Shown here piece by piece: positions 1 through 5,582 of a stretch of 5,582 nt of DNA (positions are counted from its first letter, which is position 1; every line of letters starts with the position of its first letter). Below the pieces are notes generated by a model. The model searched no databases, was not told the DNA's origin, and saw only the letters and a program-made list of their open reading frames with translations. The stretch comes from Takakia lepidozioides (Eukaryota; Plantae; Bryophyta), in NCBI GenBank assembly GCA_030704615.1, contig JAKLZA010000205.1:1-5582 (forward strand), written 5' to 3'. The translations under genes and the position numbers were made by a program.

Positions 1-321
1 AGGGACAGCGAGTTTTCGGCCCCAAAAAGAGAAATTCGGCGCCATTTTTCCAGAAATGGCCCCAGAACTGCTTCTGTTGGATCTCAGTTTGAATGGAATA
101 TTGCCTCATTCCAGGAGTTTTGGGGTGCATTTCATTACACTGCAAAAAAAAGTCTGATACAGCAAAATGCATTTGAAAATATCCATATGGAGGATTCCGT
201 TTGCCCCATCAATGATTTCTGGAATCCCTAAGAAGGAGTTTGTGCAGCTCGTTCACGCTCAACGCCGGTGCATGAATAAAGTCATCAATAGTCACGTTCA
301 TCCTCACCTCTTCAGGTAAAT

Positions 322-428
322 GTAATACAGATGCTTGCACGGATATACTTCGAACCCTTCTTTGCTTCCATCAACGAGAAGTCCGTACAGTTGCAAGTCG
401 GCTCCACTCCAATCGTAATTGTGTATAC
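322..428 (-). other. SWIM zinc finger
   Basis: YTITIGVEPTCNCTDF...KYI(P)CKHLYY fits CxC-xn-CxH (C 395-393, C 389-387, C 339-337, H 333-331). It requires restoring one base at about 341 (atc cg tgc to atc ccg tgc). Confidence 0.85.
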
Positions 429-1439
429 ATCGTCGCGTACAGCCGAGCCGGCCGTTGCCATCCGATACACACGCCCAAGGCCGGGTGGGGGTACGTCCAC
501 GGAGCTCTGAATAGTGCAAGCCATCCCAAGAGCATTGGCAATCCGAGTCTCATTCAACTTGTTGGAGGGTGTCGTCTCTTCACTCTTCCGAATCGCATTG
601 TGGGATGTGCAGAATTGTCCAATCCGTCTCTACTGGACCGAGCAGTCTGCAATGGCTGGGTCTGAGGAACCGGAAATGCGTGGGCCGGGATGTCTGTGCG
701 TTGCACATTCGAAATCCTGCTGCAGATAGAGCATCCCCGCCTCATTCTGAGAGAGGCTGCAACCGGTGCAACAGGCCAGACGCCCGGAGGCTCCGGCATT
801 CCCTGAATCCCGTACTTGGGCTTGCCAAATACACAGGTCATTATGTCGTGCCTACAGAACCAAAATGTCTGCGTTGTGGCGTGAGCAAATTGTGGGAGTC
901 AAAAATCTGCCGCTGAAACAAGGTGCAGGTACAGCACCGTGTGGGTCCTCCGAATCATCTCACCACAGCGTGCTCTCGTATCCACCCGGATGGCGCAACA
1001 CTTCCCTCGAAATGCCGGCAATGTCCTCGCAATTCTCCACTGTGACTCCGACACTCTTGTCTCCACAATGGGAATGTTGTATTGCTTTACTACAGATGGC
1101 TCGTTATGTTGCCGGGGCACGCGCCCTGTGCTCAAAGGAGATGGCGATCTTGAACGTGCAGGACTTCCGGTGCTCGACGAGACCTCCTCGGACAACATCA
1201 CCACCGGACCACGAGGGAGCGTGCGAATATTCTTGTCAGCTCGCCATGAATCCTCTTCTCCGCCAGGTGCCTCGTCAAGTCTTCGTCTCACTGGACGGGT
1301 ATGAACATCTCCTTCCAAATGTTGGCCTCTTCGCAGCAATGGCGTGTCCCGAAGGCCCTCTCGCAAGGCCGCCGCCCACTTCCGAGGATTCTTCGATCTG
1401 GAGGCAGTCCGCATCAGCATTTCCTGCCTGTCCGGCCCC

Positions 1440-1628
1440 CCAGCCCCACTGTTTCCCTTTCAAGAACTCGTTGTACCTGCATTGCTGCATAATTGACCTC
1501 ACAATGTCCTCCGTTGTGGCAGTGAGGATGTCCACCAGATGCGCCGCAGAGGAGGCACGCCAGGAAGAGTGCACTGATTCGGCCATGTTTGTCGTGGGCA
1601 TGTCGGTGTCGGAGTCGAGACACATTTC
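1440..1628 (-). CDS. Transposase exon segment carrying the third catalytic residue (TNxxESxH)
   Basis: PTTNMAESVHSSW with E at 1580-1578 matches the T-N-x-x-E-S-x-H/N motif of MULE/IS256-like transposases. Confidence 0.85.
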
Positions 1629-1714
1629 CTGCACAAGCACATGTTGAGGTTACAAGCAAGTTACAAATATGGCCAAGAATAATATCCAACGGGACGCGAA
1701 TTCGTGCAACTCAC
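1629..1714 (-). other. Spliceosomal GT-AG intron, 86 nt, phase 0
   Basis: The minus strand reads GAG|GTGAGT...ttgtaac...gcttgtGCAG|GAA and is more AT-rich than the flanks. Removal joins ...FGDYMRE to EMCLDSDTDMPTTNMAESVH in frame and bypasses the stop at 1663-1661. Confidence 0.85.
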
Positions 1715-2703
1715 CTCCCGCATATAGTCGCCGAACTGGAGGAAACGATAATGCCACCATGCTAGCCAACTGACCATTGCTCCTTCGTCTGATTTCCTTA
1801 CAGCACCTGACGATGTCCACCAAGCCCGTATGCATGCAAACTGTGTCTCTGCATCATCCAAGGTGGGAGCGCGCTTCCACGCAAGGCACATGGAACGGTG
1901 CTCCTCTCTCGAAATCTGGCGCCACGAGCCTGGTTGTGTACTGCGAAAGGCTCTGCAGAAAGTGGAACCCACAAGATCTCTCCTTGCCTTCCATGGGAAC
2001 ATTGGGGTCTTGCCCGTACACCCTTCGGATGGCAGCCCAATTTGCTTGTGCGTTGTCCGCCATGAAACCACGGAAATTGGGAGGGGGCAATCCCGCCTTG
2101 GCCATCTGTTCGTTTATTCCCTGCCAAAGAAGCATCTCCGATTGTGTGTCCTCTCCTTTCATCTCACAAATAGCAATTGTCATTAGCATCCTGCAGTGGG
2201 TGTCGTAGACATGTGCACCCATTGTCACCCACTGGTGATTTGTAATTCGCTTGATATGGTCGAACATGACCCAACTGTTTGACAAGTTCCCACTCGTCAT
2301 CCTGTCGACCAGTTCGACGCCACTGCCAGGTCCACACGTGGACATTTTGAATACGAAACAACGATCTGCCTCAGTCCCTTGTCCTGGAAACCTACTTCCA
2401 TGAATGTAGTCATATCCACATCGTCGCTTCACCTCCAGAATGGAGTGCATATCCGAGCCACGCCCAATTTTCTGTTTGCAAGAGACAATGTGGTTTCGGA
2501 CATTCGGTGAACATACGTGGGACACCGACTCGAGCAATGCCTCCATTTCCTTCTCGTCGAGAGGAACTCTATCCGAGCCGTCTTCCGACATAATTCTGGC
2601 CAATGCCATCTTATGGGCGGCTTGGAGCTGTATCTGTTTGGGTTTGGCACCCGGTCTCAACTTAACCTCCTCCTGAACGAGCTGCTCTGCTTCGTGGGCA
2701 GCC
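1715..2703 (-). CDS. MULE transposase catalytic core (first two Asp and CxxH motif)
   Basis: ORF 1854..2762 gives WVMFDH (D at 2261-2259), EMKGEDT, PPNFRGFMADNAQANWAAIRRVY (D at 2057-2055) and CGFHFLQS (C 1973-1971, H 1964-1962). After a shift at about 1910 it continues in the frame of ORF 1661..2071 up to the splice donor. Confidence 0.88.
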
Positions 2704-2734
2704 CCGCCTCCCGCGAGTTCCCCCTCGCCAATTT

Positions 2735-3066
2735 GTGACAATGGGAACCAACGTGTATGCAAGCTCGGGTGAGGTCAGGGAAACGGTGCAACACATAGAA
2801 CTGCTTGGCATTACAAACAGACATGCAGTGTGGTGGTTCTTTGCAATGCGCACACTTAAATGTGGAGTTCGGAACCTTCTCCTGAGCTCGAAATGGTTGG
2901 TGAGCTGTGCCTGTCCAATCGGTCTCGTTCCTGTGACCTCTGGATTTAAAGTGGAAGCAAGTTGGGGAGAACACCGCAACGCGCCCGCACAAACAACGTA
3001 GCGCACCCGCACACCATCAAGCATCTTCATGCTGGTGGTTTTGGTAACGCACCAAGGATGACCGTC
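2735..3066 (-). other. GCM/WRKY-like zinc-binding DNA-binding domain
   Basis: DGHPW..TKTTS...RYVVCAGALRC(x4)C...CAHC...C...C...HVGSHCH. The leading DGxxW, the C-x-G-x-x-x-C motif and the terminal H-x-G-x-H-x-H are typical of WRKY/GCM1/FLYWCH-fold domains N-terminal to MULE cores. One frameshift at about 2965. Confidence 0.6.
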
Positions 3067-3127
3067 ATGTTTTCTATCCATATCTGTCAACATTCCGGAC
3101 GCCCTCGAGTAGTCCGCCCGAGGAGGA

Positions 3128-3812
3128 ACTCAAAGAAGACATTACCGTCGACGTCGGCGGGAAGGCATGTAACCGATTTAATTGCGAACTTGCTGTAGTC
3201 CAGCCCGGCCAGCTCCGACCGGTGTCCCTCCAGGTGAAGCCCTCGCAGAATTTCTAGAATAGATCGAACTGCGGTGCTCGTGCTGGGAATATGACTCCCT
3301 CCTCCACTGACGTCCATTGAGGACTTGCCTGATCTCCAGGACGACCTCGGAACTTCCATGACCTCGTCTGAGTCGGACAGGTTGTGAACAACCCGGTTCT
3401 CGGTCGTCTTCATGGATGGGTTCGGCTCTGGATTTACTTTACTTCGTTGCGGACTTCTCTCTTTGAGGTACCCACTCTCTGATTCGCGGATTGTTTCGTG
3501 GAAGGCGCCAGGATAGACGGTGCATTTGGCGGGGCAAATGAAGTCCCCAACAGCCCTGTATATGACGCTGTCCGATGGTGGAACTCGCCATTCCCTGCCA
3601 TCGCCGAAATCATCGTGGAGCACAACAATACTCTCGACAACAAGGCCGTTTGAGTCCTTCCTTTCCTCCTCCAAAAAAACCGACCCCGGTTTCAGGTGGT
3701 ATCGAACGCACAGATATTTCTCCATCACCCGGCAGGTGTCCCCTCTGCACGGAAATGAAGCTCTATGCTCGTGAGGAGGGCAGTACACTGTAGCGCTCGG
3801 GTTTTCCGCCAT
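3128..3812 (-). CDS. N-terminal segment of the transposase (Cys/His-containing region, Ser-rich linker, LDY..LP..DGNVFFE motif)
   Basis: Part of ORF 3087..3944, whose first in-frame ATG is at 3812. A 1-nt shift at about 3128 (gag tt cct cct) continues into PPRADYSRASGMLTDMDRKHDGHPW. Confidence 0.6.
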
Positions 3813-4179
3813 GGGAGATGTGCACACAAGACTGCCAGGATGGCGTGCGGGGAAGCTCCCTGGTAGAAGGGGGTGCAGCGATGGGAATGAATGCGATGCC
3901 GATTTGTCCGAGCGACGAAGCCTGATCCAAATCCAGGGAGCCAACTATCTCAAAAATCCACAGTCAGAGTGTTAATGAACCTTGTCTCCGGAATGCGGCC
4001 CCTCGTCTTTGCGCAATAACTGCCAACGGTATGCAGTCAGAAAGTGGGGGGCCGTCCGGATGATGACGGCTGAAGGGGATAAGCCGGCACCGTGCCGTCA
4101 CATTACTACCCCCGAATGGAAATTCGGCACCCAACATCCAACAGAGGAAGCCCGGATGAAGTCGCCTCGGGCGCAGAGG

Positions 4180-5321
4180 TGTCCGGATCGGTGCCTATGG
4201 ATATTCGGCGCCGAATTTCCATCCTGCAGGTATTCGAAATCATGGATGAATGAAATTCGGCGCCGATTTCCATCCACGCATAAGTCGGATCGTTGCCAGA
4301 TGGATATCGGCGCCGAATTTCTATCCTGCAGGTAATTCGCATCGTGGATGATGGAAATTCGGCGCCGAATTTCCATCCAGCAGGAAAGTCGGATCGGTGC
4401 CATATGGATATTCCTGCGCCGAATTTCCATCCGGCAGTAATTCGAATCATGGATGATGAAATTCGGCGCCGATTTCCATCCGCCGGTAAGCGGATCGGGG
4501 TGCCATATGGGATATCGGACGCCGAATTTCCATCCTGCAGGTATTCAAATCATGGATGAATGGAAATTCGGCGCCGAATTTCCATCCAGCAGGTAAGTCG
4601 GATCGGTGCCATAATAGATTCGGCGCCGAATTCCATCCGCAGGGTAATTCGAATCGTGGATGAATGGAATTCGGCGCCGAATTTCCATCCAGCAGGTAAG
4701 TCGGATCGGTGCCATATGGATATTCGGCGCCGAATTTCCATCCTGCAGGTAATTCGAATCATGGATGAATGGAAATTCGGCGCCGAATTTCCATCCAGCA
4801 GGTAAGTCGGATCGGTGCCATATGGATATTCGGCGCCGAATTTCCATCCTGCAGGTAATTCGAATCATGGATGAATGGAAATTCGGCGCCGAATTTCCAT
4901 CCAGCAGGTAAGTCGGATCGGTGCCATATGGATATTCGGCGCCGAATTTCCATCCTGCAGGTAATTCGAATCGTGGATGAATGGAAATTCGGCGCCGAAT
5001 TTCCATCCAGCAGGTAAGTCGGATCGGTGCCATATGGATATTCGGCGCCGAATTTCCATCCTGCAGGTAATTCGAATCATGGATGAATGGAAATTCGGCG
5101 CCGAATTTCCATCCAGCAGGTAAGTCGGATCGGTGCCATATGGATATTCGGCGCCGAATTTCCATCCAGCAGGTAAGTCGGATCGGTGCCATATGGATAT
5201 TCGGCGCCGAATTTCCATCCTGCAGGTAATTCGAATCGTGGATGAATGGAAATTCGGCGCCGAATTTCCATCCAGCAGGTAAGTCGGATCAGTGCCGTAT
5301 GGATATTCGGCGCCGGATTTC
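4180..5321. repeat. Tandem array of 53-bp monomers (two alternating types, 106-bp dimer), each built on a palindrome
   Basis: 22 copies of GGA(A/T)ATTCGGCGCCGAATTTCC. In the clean part they start at 4718, 4771, 4824, 4877, 4930, 4983, 5036, 5089, 5142, 5195, 5248 and 5301, exactly 53 apart. Linker A is ATCCAGCAGGTAAGTCGGATCGGTGCCATAT and linker B is ATCCTGCAGGTAATTCGAATC(A/G)TGGATGAAT. A degenerate outlier lies at about 4115-4131. Confidence 0.97.
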
Positions 5322-5346
5322 AACTCGCCATTTATTTCTGAGCGAG

Positions 5347-5582
5347 GAATTACCTTCGTGCAGGTAATTCCCATATAAGAATTACCTTCGTGCAGGTAAT
5401 TCGCATACAAGAATTACCTTTGTGCAGGTAATTTCCAGATGACAATTACCTTCCTGCAGGTAATTCCAATCGATGTTTATTCCTCGTCCAGAATTACCTG
5501 CACAAAGGTAATTCTCATCTGGAAATTACCTGCATGAAGGTAATTCTTGTATGTGAATTACCTGCACGAAGGTAATTCTTAT
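5347..5582. repeat. 32-bp-period array of GAATTACCT-N6-AGGTAATTC dyads (4 forward, at least 3 inverted)
   Basis: 24-bp units start at 5347, 5379, 5411 and 5443 (core TCGTGC-like), then at 5491, 5523 and 5555 (core GCACGA-like). Units within each run are separated by 8-bp linkers. Confidence 0.95.
5375..5582. repeat. Long inverted repeat (foldback): arms 5375-5466 and 5491-5582, 24-bp spacer
   Basis: The reverse complement of 5491-5582 matches 5375-5466 at 86 of 92 positions, including the 8-bp linkers (CCAGATGA/TCATCTGG; GCATACAA/TTGTATGT). The right arm is truncated by the window end. Confidence 0.95.

Larger units (their letters stand above)
209..3812 (-). pseudogene. MULE-family DDE transposase (GCM/WRKY-like Zn domain + MULE core + SWIM), about 1,170 aa, frameshifted as given (pseudogene or sequencing indels)
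   Basis: Consecutive minus-strand ORFs join into one protein. The path is ATG 3812 (MAENPS), ...LPADVDGNVFFE/PP..MDRKHDGHPW, CAGALRC/TC..NETDWTG, HVGSHCH/EQLVQEEV, WVMFDH, FMADNAQA, CGFHFLQSL/EEHRSMC..WLAWWHYR, intron, TTNMAESVH, CNC..CKH/FIHAPALSVNELHKLLLRDSRNH, stop TGA at 211-209. Approximate frame switches are at 3128, 2965, 2703, 1910, 1438, 940, 897, 762, 737, 600-710, 567, 341 and 305. Confidence 0.85.
1..5466 (-). mobile_element. Mutator/MULE-superfamily DNA transposon with long modular subterminal repeats; true ends and target-site duplication not resolved
   Basis: DDE transposase gene with MULE motifs and a SWIM finger. Palindromic arrays lie 5' of the gene (about 4180-5466) and remnants of the same motifs lie 3' of it (31-43, 178-190). 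The left boundary is probably outside the window. The right boundary is inferred from the symmetry centre at 5467-5490. Confidence 0.7.

Noticed and set aside
41-60. Small hairpin GCCATTT-N6-AAATGGC as a terminator
   Set aside because: The stem is only 7 bp with no following U-tract, and the context is eukaryotic.
766-1647. 293-aa + strand ORF and other + strand ORFs
   Set aside because: They are antisense shadows of the GC-rich transposase gene with no recognisable motifs.
209-3812. A multi-gene operon, a bacterial IS256, or programmed ribosomal frameshifting
   Set aside because: The fragments join into one collinear protein, often mid-motif. The intron, SWIM and GCM-like domains indicate a eukaryotic MULE. 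The shifts are too many and lack consistent slippery sites.
3813-3944. N-terminal extension from a TTG start at 3944
   Set aside because: A non-ATG start is unlikely in a eukaryotic gene. ATG 3812 (ccc ATG G) is the first in-frame ATG.
4180-5321. CRISPR array (palindromic repeat with 31-bp spacers)
   Set aside because: There are only two alternating spacer sequences, themselves related to each other. No cas genes are present and the adjacent gene has a spliceosomal intron.
3982-5410. Repetitive ORFs on both strands (MEIRRRISI..., WKFGAE...)
   Set aside because: These are translations of the palindromic array. The 53/106-bp period is not a multiple of 3, so the same peptides cycle through all frames and both strands.
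5343-5486. 8-bp inverted match CGAGGAAT (5343-5350) / ATTCCTCG (5479-5486) as MITE ends
   Set aside because: It is too short, overlaps the first dyad, and has no flanking target-site duplication.

Overview
This window is eukaryotic DNA, almost entirely one Mutator-like (MULE) DNA-transposon locus. The minus strand (about 3812 to 209) carries one long transposase gene of about 1,170 aa once reassembled. It has a Cys/His-rich N-terminus, a GCM/WRKY-like zinc domain, a complete D-D-(CxxH)-E catalytic core split by an 86-nt GT-AG intron, a further Cys-containing region and a C-terminal SWIM finger. The ORF track shows it as fragments because of roughly a dozen single-base frameshifts, several in short base runs. 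I saw no nonsense codons in the reassembled frame, so these may be long-read errors rather than decay. Upstream is a 1.1-kb tandem array of 22 palindromes (GGAAATTCGGCGCCGAATTTCC) with nested 53/106/318-bp periodicity. A second array of 32-bp palindromic units follows and flips orientation around a 24-bp spacer, making a foldback with arms of at least 92 bp that runs off the window end. The arrays look CRISPR-like but are not CRISPR. All family calls come from motif recognition; no searches were run.
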